A stretch of DNA of 37,927 nt from a virus. Its lineage: Duplodnaviria > Caudoviricetes. The stretch spans positions 1 to 37,927 of the IMG/VR virus record IMGVR_UViG_3300007541_005699. One strand, written 5' to 3'. Below the pieces are notes generated by a model that saw nothing but the letters and a program-made list of their open reading frames with translations, was not told the DNA's origin and searched no databases. A program made the position numbers and the translations under genes. Within the stretch, counting starts at the first letter, position 1. Each line of letters starts with the position of its first letter. Positions 8,877 to 20,600 of the stretch are shown here, piece by piece.

Positions 8877-10109
8877 ATGGCATCTACTGTAATTCCAATA
8901 TGGCCCGGTTCAGCATCTTTTGCTCAAGTATATAATAATTATTATGTTAGTGGTAATTGGCCACCACCAACCCCTTTTGGGTTTTATGATAATGATCCTC
9001 AATTCCAAACCGATGCTAATAAAGTTTCTAACTTTTGTGCTTTGCACTTAGGTTATCCTATTGAAAACGTCGAATTACAAGATATTAACTTTTTTGCTGC
9101 TTTCGAAGAAGCAGTAACAGTATATGGAAACGAATTATACGCTTTTCAATTAAGAGATAATTACTTATCTTTAGAAGGAGCTTCAACTCAAATTGATGTA
9201 AATAATTCTGTATTTACTCCTACAATGGCTACTGTTGTTAGATTATCTCAACAGTATGGTGAAGAAGCAGGTGCTGGAGGTAATGTAACTTGGTATCAAG
9301 GCAGATTAACTCTAGTACCAGGACAACAAAGATATGATTTATCAGCGTGGGCTGAAGCTGAAGGTATAACCGGAGGTATAGAAATTAAAAATGTTTGGTA
9401 TCAACCACCACCTGCAGTTAACCAGTTATATTCAACTGCCTTGTTAACAGGCCAGGGTGGCTTGGGAGGTGTCCCTCCAGCCGGTTTATACGGCTATGGA
9501 TACGGTTACTCAAACTATTTAATGATGCCTACCAGCTTTACTATGCAAAACATTCAAGCAATTGAAATGCAAAACCAAGTAATGCTTTCAAATTATACCT
9601 TTAATATTATAGATAATGTATTAACAGTATTCCCTGTTCCTGGAACAGGTTTTGGTGGAGAGGGATTTGAAGGAGGAGAAGAATTATATTATGGTCAATA
9701 CTTAGTATTTGATTTTATTAAAATACAAGATAGAATTGATGCTGCTTTTGCAGATGGTACAAACAAAATTACCAACACATCAGATGCTCCTTATTTAAAT
9801 CCAACCTATTCTAAAATTAATTCAATAGGTAGAAGCTGGATTTTTGAATATACTTTAGCTAAAGCTAAAGAAATGTTAGGTTTAACTCGTAACAAATATT
9901 CTCAAATTCCTATTCCTGGGGCTGAAGTAACATTAAATGGTGATTCTTTAGCTACACAAGGTATTGCTGAACAAGAAACTTTAATTACAAGATTAAGAGA
10001 ATATTTTGATCAAACTTCTCGCCAAGCATTGCTTGAAAGAAGAGCAGCAGAATCAGCAGCACGTGTACAAGAAATCAATCAGGTACCAATGACAATTTTT
10101 ATAGGATAA
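8877..10109 (+). CDS. Neck / head-tail adaptor protein (T4 gp13-like)
   Basis: LGYPIENVEL, WIFEYTLAKAKEMLG..R.KY..IPIPGAEVTLNG and terminal PMTIFIG match the gp13-like pattern. Confidence 0.8.
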   Translation: MASTVIPIWPGSASFAQVYNNYYVSGNWPPPTPFGFYDNDPQFQTDANKVSNFCALHLGYPIENVELQDINFFAAFEEAVTVYGNELYAFQLRDNYLSLEGASTQIDVNNSVFTPTMATVVRLSQQYGEEAGAGGNVTWYQGRLTLVPGQQRYDLSAWAEAEGITGGIEIKNVWYQPPPAVNQLYSTALLTGQGGLGGVPPAGLYGYGYGYSNYLMMPTSFTMQNIQAIEMQNQVMLSNYTFNIIDNVLTVFPVPGTGFGGEGFEGGEELYYGQYLVFDFIKIQDRIDAAFADGTNKITNTSDAPYLNPTYSKINSIGRSWIFEYTLAKAKEMLGLTRNKYSQIPIPGAEVTLNGDSLATQGIAEQETLITRLREYFDQTSRQALLERRAAESAARVQEINQVPMTIFIG

Positions 10110-10110
10110 T

Positions 10111-10632
10111 ATGGCACTATACGGACAAATGAGAGATATTAGTATGTTTCGATTCGTGAATCGCGAATTGATGCATAACATTATTTCTCAACAATGCGTA
10201 TTTTACAAATACAATTCAACAAAAACAAAAGTAAACATGTATGGTGAAGCAACAACTGGAAGATATTTTGCTGATCCTGTTATATTGTTTGCTTTAATTG
10301 AAACTAGCCAGTTTGAAAACCCAACAAGTGATTTTGGTGTAGATTTTAATTGGAACGTTCAATATAGATTTTTAAAAGACGATTTAGTAGACGCTCAGGT
10401 TTTCCCAGAAGCAGGGGATATTATTATGTTCCAAAATGGTTATTGGGAGATAGATAACGTTAGTACAGCTCAATTCTTTGTAGGTAAAGATCCTAAATAT
10501 CCTTATTTAGATGGAGCAGGATCAAATCCGTACGAAGAAGATTTAGGTCAGTTTGGATATAGTGTATCAGTTATATGTACAGCTCACTATACCCCATCAG
10601 ACAAAGTTAACATAGAATTATCAAGATTATAA
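10111..10632 (+). CDS. Head closure / neck protein (T4 gp14-like)
   Basis: Follows the gp13-like gene; NMYGE and PEAGDII...YWEI motifs. Confidence 0.65.
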   Translation: MALYGQMRDISMFRFVNRELMHNIISQQCVFYKYNSTKTKVNMYGEATTGRYFADPVILFALIETSQFENPTSDFGVDFNWNVQYRFLKDDLVDAQVFPEAGDIIMFQNGYWEIDNVSTAQFFVGKDPKYPYLDGAGSNPYEEDLGQFGYSVSVICTAHYTPSDKVNIELSRL

Positions 10633-11573
10633 TGGCTCAAGTTAGAAAACCAATACCAAAAACCCAACAACAGCTCTCTAATGAGCAGGTCACTCCTTAT
10701 GATCAGCAGGCAGGTAACCCAAATAACTTTATACAAACACCTCAAAATAACAGAGCCTTAAATACATCTTTTAAAGGTGATACTGTTAAACCTTTTAGTG
10801 TTGGTATTCAAGATATTGATGAGGCTGTATTTTATTACTTTCAAAATGTAATTCAACCCTCAGTAATACAAAATGGATCTAGATTAAATGTTCCTGTAAT
10901 TTATGGTTCACCTGAAAAATGGAAATCATATCAAAAAGATGGATATTATAGAGATCAAAAGGGTAAAATTATGGCTCCTTTGATTATGTTCAAAAGAACA
11001 GATATAACTAAAAATAGAACCATTGCAAATAAATTAGATGCTAACTATCCTAATAACTTTGGAGTATTTACAAAACAATATACTCAAAGAGATGCTTATT
11101 CTAATTTTAAAGTATTATCTAATAGAATCCCTCAAAAAGAATTCTATGCTGTAGTAGTACCAGATTATGTTACTGTAACTTATGAAGTAGCTGTATTTAC
11201 TTACTACGTAGAACAATTAAATAAAATAGTAGAGGCAATGGAATACGCTTCAGATGCTTACTGGGGTAATCCACAACGTTACCAATTTAAAGCAATGATT
11301 GATTCCTTTGGTTTCCAAACTGAATTAACTCAAGATAGTGAAAGAATAGTTAGAAGCACATTTAGTGTTAAATTAAACGGATATATTATACCAGAAATAT
11401 TACAAAAAGATATAACAGCCCTTAAGAAATTTTCAAATAAGACCAAAATTATATTCTCAGTTGAAGCTGTAGATAACGCTGCTTTCTTTGAAGGCAACGT
11501 AGTAGGAGACAGAATTGTAACAGAAACAGCTTCTGACAAAGAAACTCAAAATAGATCAACTGCAATTGGATAA
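10632..11573 (+). CDS. Tail terminator / sheath stabiliser (T4 gp15-like)
   Basis: VPVIYGSPEKW, PLIMFKR, PDYVTVTYE and QLNKIVE; located after gp13/gp14-like genes. Confidence 0.65.
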   Translation: MAQVRKPIPKTQQQLSNEQVTPYDQQAGNPNNFIQTPQNNRALNTSFKGDTVKPFSVGIQDIDEAVFYYFQNVIQPSVIQNGSRLNVPVIYGSPEKWKSYQKDGYYRDQKGKIMAPLIMFKRTDITKNRTIANKLDANYPNNFGVFTKQYTQRDAYSNFKVLSNRIPQKEFYAVVVPDYVTVTYEVAVFTYYVEQLNKIVEAMEYASDAYWGNPQRYQFKAMIDSFGFQTELTQDSERIVRSTFSVKLNGYIIPEILQKDITALKKFSNKTKIIFSVEAVDNAAFFEGNVVGDRIVTETASDKETQNRSTAIG

Positions 11574-11577
11574 CCTG

Positions 11578-11586
11578 ATATTTATA
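11578..11586 (+). promoter_or_regulatory. Candidate late promoter ATATTTATA
   Basis: Motif 19 nt before ATG 11606. Confidence 0.6.
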
Positions 11587-11605
11587 CCAGATAACATCTA
11601 AGTTA

Positions 11606-14600
11606 ATGGCTCAAGTAAGATTTTTAGATCAGGTTCCCGTAGGTGTATATAATGTTGATACAGCTGGAAGCGGCGGTGGAACAATTGATATTTACCAAAA
11701 CGGTGCATTAGTAAGTGCTAGTGTACCCTATATTAATATAAGTGGTTCAGCCGAATTATTTACATTCCAAACCTCAGGGGTAACAGTATATGTTTCATCC
11801 TCAGGCGTTGGATTTCCTTTTTCAGGTTCAGCTGTAATTACAGGATCTTTAGTGATCTCAGGATCTGATCCTCAACCAATTATAATTCAAAATTTACCAT
11901 ATGATGCAACCCCATCATATGTTGTAACATATAATACAGGAACTGGAGTATTTGAATATTCTGATATGCCATCTAGTGGTACTTCAGGTTCTTCTGGTTC
12001 ATCTGGTACTTCAGGTAGCTCAGGCTCATCAGGCACTTCTGGTTCTTCAGGAACTTCAGGCTCATCAGGCACTTCTGGTTCAAGCGGAACATCAGGTTCT
12101 TCAGGAACAAGTGGAAGCTCAGGCTCTTCAGGAACATCAGGTTCAAGTGGAACAAGTGGTTCATCAGGAACTAGCGGTTCTTCAGGTTCAAGTGGAACTT
12201 CGGGTAGCTCAGGTTCTTCAGGAACAAGTGGCTCATCAGGTACTAGTGGTTCATCAGGTACTAGCGGTAGCTCAGGTTCATCAGGTACAAGTGGCTCTTC
12301 AGGCTCATCAGGTACTAGCGGAAGTTCAGGCTCATCTGGCACTTCAGGCTCATCAGGCTCAAGCGGAACATCAGGTTCTTCAGGAACTTCAGGTTCTTCA
12401 GGAACTTCAGGTATAAACGGTAGTTCAGGTACTAGTGGCTCATCAGGAACCTCAGGTTCAAGTGGTTCATCAGGTACTTCAGGTTCATCAGGAACAAGTG
12501 GTTCATCAGGAACAAGCGGCTCTTCAGGCTCAAGTGGAACAAGCGGCTCTTCAGGCTCATCAGGTACAAGCGGCTCTTCAGGTAGTTCAGGTACTTCAGG
12601 TTCATCAGGCTCAAGTGGAACTAGTGGTTCTTCAGGTTCATCTGGAACATCAGGTTCATCAGGATCAAGTGGTACCTCAGGAAGTTCAGGTTCTTCAGGA
12701 ACATCAGGCTCAAGCGGAACTTCAGGCAGTTCTGGTACATCAGGTATTGATGGCTCATCAGGCTCATCAGGTACAAGTGGTTCTTCAGGTACAAGCGGTT
12801 CTTCAGGTTCATCAGGAACCTCAGGTTCATCCGGTTCTTCAGGAACTAGTGGTTCTTCGGGATCAAGCGGAACCTCAGGAAGTTCAGGTTCATCTGGAAC
12901 AAGTGGCTCATCTGGAACTTCAGGTTCCTCAGGTACAAGTGGCTCTTCAGGTTCAAGTGGCACTTCAGGTTCAAGTGGGTCTTCAGGAACAAGCGGCTCT
13001 TCAGGCTCAAGTGGAACAAGTGGAAGCTCAGGTACATCAGGTTCATCAGGAACTTCAGGCAGCTCTGGCACTTCAGGCATTGATGGTTCATCAGGTTCTT
13101 CAGGAACAAGTGGCTCATCAGGTACTAGCGGTAGTTCAGGTTCATCAGGTACTAGTGGTTCTTCAGGATCATCGGGCACATCAGGTATAAGTGGTATTAA
13201 TGGTACTTCAGGTTCAAGTGGAACCTCAGGCAGTTCAGGTACTTCAGGCTCATCCGGATCTAGTGGAACATCAGGTTCATCAGGTTCAAGCGGAACAAGT
13301 GGTTCAAGTGGAACATCAGGTAGCTCAGGTTCTTCAGGTACAAGCGGAAGCTCAGGTTCTTCAGGTACAAGCGGTAGCTCAGGAACTTCAGGTTCCTCTG
13401 GTTCTTCTGGTACATCTGGTTCTTCTGGTACATCTGGTTCATCAGGTACTTCAGGTTCCTCTGGAAGTAGTGGCACCTCAGGTATAAGTGGTGTTAATGG
13501 TACTAGTGGTTCTTCAGGCTCAAGTGGCACTTCTGGATCTAGTGGTTCATCAGGAACATCAGGTTCAAGCGGAACGAGTGGTTCATCTGGTTCATCCGGA
13601 ACCTCAGGCTCATCAGGTACAAGCGGCTCTTCAGGCTCAAGCGGAACTTCAGGTAGTTCAGGTTCATCAGGAACAAGTGGTTCATCAGGTTCAAGTGGAA
13701 CAAGTGGTTCATCTGGAACAAGTGGTTCAAGTGGATCATCAGGTACTAGTGGCTCAAGTGGTAGTAGCGGTACTTCAGGTATAAGTGGTGTTAACGGCAC
13801 TAGTGGTTCATCTGGTTCATCCGGAACCTCAGGTTCAAGCGGAACTAGTGGTTCTAGTGGTACTTCAGGTAGCTCAGGCTCATCTGGAACTTCTGGCTCA
13901 TCTGGCACTTCAGGCTCATCAGGTACATCTGGTTCAAGTGGCACCTCAGGAAGTTCAGGTTCATCTGGAACTTCAGGTTCATCAGGAACTAGTGGTAGTT
14001 CAGGTACTAGTGGTTCATCTGGAACAAGTGGTTCTTCAGGCTCATCAGGCACATCAGGTTCTTCTGGAAGCAGCGGAACATCAGGTATATCAGGTGTAAA
14101 TGGCACATCTGGCTCAAGTGGAACTAGTGGTTCAAGTGGAACCTCTGGTTCAAGTGGTACAAGCGGATCTTCTGGCTCATCAGGTACATCAGGTTCATCA
14201 GGCACATCTGGTTCAAGTGGTACTTCAGGTAGTTCTGGTTCATCAGGAACTAGTGGCTCAAGTGGAACAAGTGGTTCATCTGGAACTAGTGGTTCAAGTG
14301 GCTCTTCAGGCACTTCAGGCTCTTCAGGCACTTCAGGCTCTTCAGGCTCTTCAGGTACATCAGGTTCCTCAGGTACATCAGGTTCAAGTGGTTCAAGTGG
14401 TACTTCAGGTATAAGTGGTGTTAACGGCACTAGTGGTTCATCTGGAACTAGTGGTTCAAGTGGTACATCAGGAAGTAGTGGTTCAAGCGGAACAAGTGGT
14501 TCATCTGGTACATCAGGTTCAAGTGGAACCTCAGGTTCATCTGGTTCAAGCGGAACAAGTGGTTCATCTGGAACATCAGGTTCTTCAGGAACAAGTGGCT

Positions 14601-17600
14601 CATCAGGTTCTTCAGGAACAAGTGGCTCTAGTGGTTCAAGCGGAACATCTGGTTCAAGCGGAACAAGTGGTAGCTCAGGATCATCAGGTACTTCAGGTTC
14701 ATCAGGATCAAGCGGTACTTCAGGTATATCGGGAGTAAACGGAACTAGTGGTTCTTCAGGAACTTCAGGCTCATCAGGTACTAGTGGCTCATCTGGTACA
14801 TCAGGTAGCTCAGGTTCTTCAGGAACAAGTGGTTCATCCGGTTCAAGTGGAACTAGTGGTTCTTCAGGTACTTCAGGTTCAAGCGGTACATCAGGTAGTT
14901 CAGGTTCTTCAGGAACAAGTGGATCTTCTGGCTCAAGTGGAACTAGTGGGTCTAGTGGAACTAGCGGATCTAGTGGTACATCAGGTTCAAGTGGTTCAAG
15001 TGGCACTTCAGGTTCTTCTGGTTCTAGCGGTACTTCAGGTTCAAGCGGAACTAGTGGTAGCTCAGGTACTAGCGGTTCATCTGGAACATCTGGTAGTTCA
15101 GGTTCATCAGGTACAAGTGGAAGTTCAGGAACTTCCGGCTCATCAGGTTCATCAGGTACAAGCGGCTCTTCAGGCAGCTCAGGTACTTCAGGTATATCTG
15201 GCGTAAATGGTACGTCAGGCTCTTCAGGAACTAGTGGTAGTTCAGGTACTAGTGGTTCATCTGGAACAAGTGGAAGTTCAGGCTCATCTGGAACTTCAGG
15301 CTCATCAGGCTCATCAGGAACTTCAGGTTCAAGTGGAACTAGCGGATCTAGTGGTACATCAGGTTCAAGTGGTTCATCAGGCACTTCTGGTTCTTCAGGT
15401 TCTTCTGGAACATCAGGTTCAAGTGGCACCTCTGGTTCATCTGGAACATCTGGCAGTTCAGGTTCCTCAGGTACTTCAGGTAGTTCAGGTTCTTCTGGAA
15501 CAAGCGGTTCAAGCGGTTCATCTGGAACATCTGGTTCTAGTGGAACAAGTGGTTCATCAGGTTCTTCAGGAACAAGTGGCTCATCAGGTTCAAGCGGAAC
15601 CTCAGGTAGTTCTGGCACTTCAGGTTCTTCAGGGACATCTGGATCAAGTGGTTCATCAGGGACTAGTGGTTCAAGCGGCTCTTCAGGAACTAGTGGTTCA
15701 AGCGGAACTTCAGGCTCATCAGGAACAAGTGGAAGCTCTGGAACATCAGGTTCTAGTGGCTCATCAGGTACAAGCGGTTCTTCAGGCAGCTCTGGTACCT
15801 CAGGTATAAGTGGTGTGAATGGAACTAGTGGTTCATCAGGAACTAGTGGTAGTTCAGGTACATCAGGTTCAAGTGGTTCTTCAGGAACATCAGGAAGTTC
15901 AGGAAGCTCAGGAACAAGTGGTTCTTCAGGTACATCAGGCTCAAGCGGAACATCAGGCAGCTCAGGTTCAAGTGGAACCTCAGGTTCATCTGGTTCATCT
16001 GGAACTTCAGGCAGCTCAGGAACAAGTGGTTCAAGCGGAACTAGTGGCTCATCAGGCTCATCTGGTACTAGTGGCTCATCTGGTTCATCAGGAACTTCAG
16101 GTTCAAGTGGAACAAGTGGTTCATCTGGTACTTCAGGCTCATCAGGAAGTAGTGGTACTTCAGGTAGCTCAGGAAGTTCAGGTACAAGTGGCTCATCTGG
16201 TACTTCAGGTAGTTCAGGAACTTCAGGTAGCTCTGGTTCATCAGGAACTAGTGGCAGCTCAGGTTCAAGCGGAACTTCAGGTAGTTCTGGTACTTCAGGT
16301 TCAAGTGGAACCTCTGGTTCATCAGGTACAAGCGGCTCAAGTGGTTCTTCAGGAACTTCTGGCTCATCAGGCTCATCAGGTACAAGCGGCTCAAGTGGCA
16401 GCAGTGGTACTTCAGGTATAAGTGGTGTAAATGGAACTAGTGGTTCATCAGGAACAAGCGGTAGTTCAGGTTCTTCAGGAACATCAGGTAGTTCTGGTTC
16501 TAGTGGCACATCAGGTTCTAGTGGCTCAAGTGGAACTTCAGGCTCATCTGGTACTTCTGGAGCTAGTGGGGCTTCAGGAACAAGTGGTACTTCAGGAACA
16601 TCAGGTTCAAGCGGTTCAAGTGGAACAAGTGGTTCATCAGGAACTAGCGGCAGCTCAGGTTCAAGTGGAACTTCAGGTAGTTCAGGTTCTTCAGGTTCTT
16701 CAGGTTCATCTGGTTCTTCAGGTTCATCCGGTTCATCTGGTACTTCAGGAAGTTCAGGTTCATCTGGAACATCAGGCTCTTCAGGTACTAGTGGTAGCTC
16801 TGGAACCTCAGGTTCATCAGGCTCATCTGGAACCTCAGGTTCAAGTGGAACAAGTGGCTCTTCTGGAACATCAGGATCATCAGGTTCAAGCGGAACAAGT
16901 GGTTCTTCTGGTTCTTCTGGAACTAGTGGAAGTTCAGGAACAAGCGGTTCTTCAGGTTCAAGCGGAACAAGTGGTTCTTCAGGTTCTTCCGGAACCTCTG
17001 GTTCATCAGGATCAAGTGGTACTTCAGGTATAAGTGGTGTAAACGGAACTAGCGGTTCTTCAGGAACAAGTGGTTCAAGTGGCTCATCAGGTTCTTCAGG
17101 AACATCAGGTAGCTCAGGTTCATCAGGTACAAGCGGCTCTTCAGGTACATCCGGCTCTTCAGGTACTTCAGGTTCTAGTGGAACATCAGGTAGCTCAGGC
17201 TCATCTGGTACTTCAGGAAGTTCAGGTTCATCAGGAACTAGTGGTTCTTCGGGTACATCAGGCTCTTCAGGCTCAAGTGGTACTAGTGGCTCATCAGGTT
17301 CATCAGGAACAAGTGGTTCAAGCGGTACTTCAGGTTCTAGTGGCTCATCAGGAACATCGGGTTCATCAGGTACTAGTGGTTCAAGTGGCTCATCTGGAAC
17401 TAGTGGTTCAAGCGGTTCATCAGGAACATCTGGTTCATCTGGAACATCAGGTTCTTCAGGATCTAGTGGAACAAGTGGCTCTAGTGGCTCTTCAGGAACA
17501 AGTGGTTCAAGTGGTACTTCAGGTTCAAGTGGTTCATCAGGTACATCGGGCTCATCAGGATCAAGCGGTACAAGCGGAAGTTCAGGAACTTCCGGCTCAT

Positions 17601-20600
17601 CAGGTTCATCAGGTACAAGCGGCTCTTCAGGCAGCTCAGGTACTTCAGGTATAAGTGGTGTAAACGGAACATCAGGTTCTAGTGGTACATCAGGCTCAAG
17701 TGGTTCAAGCGGTACTAGTGGCTCAAGTGGTAGCTCTGGTACTTCTGGGTCAAGTGGCTCAAGCGGAACAAGCGGTTCAAGTGGAACATCAGGCTCTTCA
17801 GGAACAAGCGGTTCTTCAGGCAGTTCAGGAACTTCTGGTTCTTCTGGAAGTAGTGGTACTTCCGGTTCATCAGGAACATCTGGTTCATCAGGTTCATCAG
17901 GAACAAGCGGCTCATCAGGTACCAGTGGCTCAAGTGGAAGCTCAGGTTCAAGTGGAAGTTCAGGCACTTCAGGTTCTTCAGGTTCTAGCGGAACATCAGG
18001 ATCAAGCGGTTCTTCAGGAACAAGCGGTTCTTCAGGAAGTTCAGGAACATCAGGAAGCTCAGGCACATCAGGTTCAAGTGGAACAAGCGGTTCATCTGGA
18101 ACTAGCGGAAGTTCAGGTTCAAGTGGAACATCAGGTTCTTCAGGCTCAAGCGGAACAAGCGGTAGTTCAGGTTCATCAGGAACAAGCGGTTCTTCAGGTA
18201 CTAGTGGTAGCTCTGGAACTTCAGGTTCTAGTGGCTCATCAGGAACTTCAGGTTCATCAGGATCAAGTGGTACCTCAGGTATAAGTGGTGTAAACGGAAC
18301 TAGCGGTTCTTCAGGTACTAGTGGTAGTTCTGGAACTTCAGGTTCAAGTGGAACAAGCGGTTCAAGTGGTTCTTCTGGTACTTCAGGTAGTTCTGGTTCT
18401 TCAGGAACTAGTGGCTCATCAGGAACATCAGGTTCATCAGGAAGTTCAGGAACAAGTGGTTCAAGCGGAACAAGTGGTTCAAGTGGTTCATCTGGTACTT
18501 CTGGTTCTAGCGGTTCATCAGGAACATCAGGTTCTTCTGGTTCTTCAGGAACATCAGGAAGTTCAGGTTCAAGCGGAACAAGTGGTTCTAGCGGAACATC
18601 AGGAAGTTCTGGAACATCAGGATCTAGTGGTTCTTCAGGAACATCTGGTTCTTCAGGTTCTTCAGGAACATCAGGTAGTTCTGGTACTAGTGGTTCATCA
18701 GGAACTAGTGGTAGTTCAGGTACTTCAGGATCATCTGGTTCGTCTGGTACTTCAGGAAGCTCAGGTTCTTCAGGTACATCAGGTTCAAGCGGAACTTCAG
18801 GTTCTAGTGGATCAAGTGGTACATCAGGTAGCTCAGGATCAAGCGGTACTTCAGGTTCATCAGGTACTTCAGGTTCAAGTGGAACTAGCGGTTCATCTGG
18901 TTCTTCAGGAACATCAGGTATATCAGGTGTTAATGGAACAAGTGGTTCAAGCGGAACTTCTGGTTCAAGCGGCACTTCAGGTTCTTCAGGAACTAGTGGC
19001 TCAAGTGGTTCATCTGGAACTTCAGGCTCATCTGGCTCAAGTGGAACAAGCGGTTCTTCAGGCACATCCGGCTCATCTGGCACTTCAGGTTCATCAGGTA
19101 GCTCAGGTACTTCTGGTTCATCTGGAAGCAGTGGCACTTCAGGTTCTTCAGGAACATCAGGTTCAAGTGGCTCATCTGGAACATCAGGTTCAAGCGGTTC
19201 AAGTGGAACAAGTGGTTCATCTGGTACTTCTGGTTCTTCTGGAAGTAGTGGCACTTCAGGTTCTTCAGGAACATCAGGTAGTTCAGGTTCTTCTGGTACT
19301 TCTGGATCATCTGGTTCATCAGGAACTAGCGGTTCAAGTGGTACTTCAGGTTCAAGTGGAACTTCAGGAAGTTCAGGTACTTCAGGTTCATCAGGTTCTA
19401 GTGGAACATCAGGATCAAGCGGTTCATCAGGAACATCTGGTTCATCTGGAACATCAGGTTCTAGCGGAACATCAGGTTCTTCAGGATCTTCTGGAACAAG
19501 CGGATCTTCAGGTTCATCTGGAACATCTGGTTCATCTGGTACTTCAGGGTCTTCAGGATCAAGTGGAACAAGTGGTAGCTCAGGCTCATCAGGAACTAGC
19601 GGTTCATCAGGAACTAGCGGTTCATCAGGAACAAGTGGAAGCTCTGGAACATCAGGTTCTAGTGGCTCATCAGGTACAAGTGGCTCAAGTGGTAGCTCTG
19701 GTACCTCAGGTATAAGTGGTGTAAATGGAACATCAGGTAGCTCTGGAACTTCAGGTTCTAGTGGAACTAGCGGTTCAAGTGGTACTTCAGGATCTTCAGG
19801 TTCTTCTGGAACAAGTGGATCAAGTGGTTCATCCGGAACAAGTGGTAGTTCAGGAACAAGTGGTTCAAGCGGAACTAGTGGTTCATCAGGCTCATCTGGA
19901 ACAAGCGGTTCTTCAGGTTCCTCAGGCACATCAGGTAGTTCAGGTACTTCAGGTTCATCTGGTACAAGCGGTTCATCTGGATCTTCTGGAACAAGCGGTT
20001 CTTCAGGTTCATCAGGTACTTCTGGATCTTCTGGAACATCAGGTTCAAGCGGAACTTCAGGATCAAGCGGCTCAAGTGGAACAAGCGGAAGCTCAGGATC
20101 AAGTGGAACCTCTGGTTCAAGCGGAACAAGTGGTTCAAGCGGAACAAGTGGCTCTTCAGGAACATCAGGATCAAGTGGTTCATCAGGAACATCAGGTTCA
20201 TCCGGATCAAGCGGAACAAGTGGTTCTAGTGGAACATCAGGATCAAGTGGAACATCAGGTAGTTCAGGTTCTTCAGGAACAAGCGGATCAAGTGGCTCTT
20301 CAGGAACTTCAGGATCAAGTGGAACAAGTGGAAGTTCAGGCACATCAGGATCTAGTGGTTCTTCTGGAACAAGCGGTTCATCTGGTTCTTCAGGAACAAG
20401 TGGAAGCTCTGGAACTTCAGGTTCAAGTGGATCTTCTGGAACATCAGGTTCAAGCGGAACAAGCGGTTCAAGCGGAACTTCAGGTTCAAGTGGATCTTCA
20501 GGAACATCAGGTATAAGTGGTGTTAATGGAACAAGCGGTTCTTCAGGTACTAGTGGTAGCTCTGGAACATCAGGTTCTAGTGGAACAAGCGGTTCAAGTG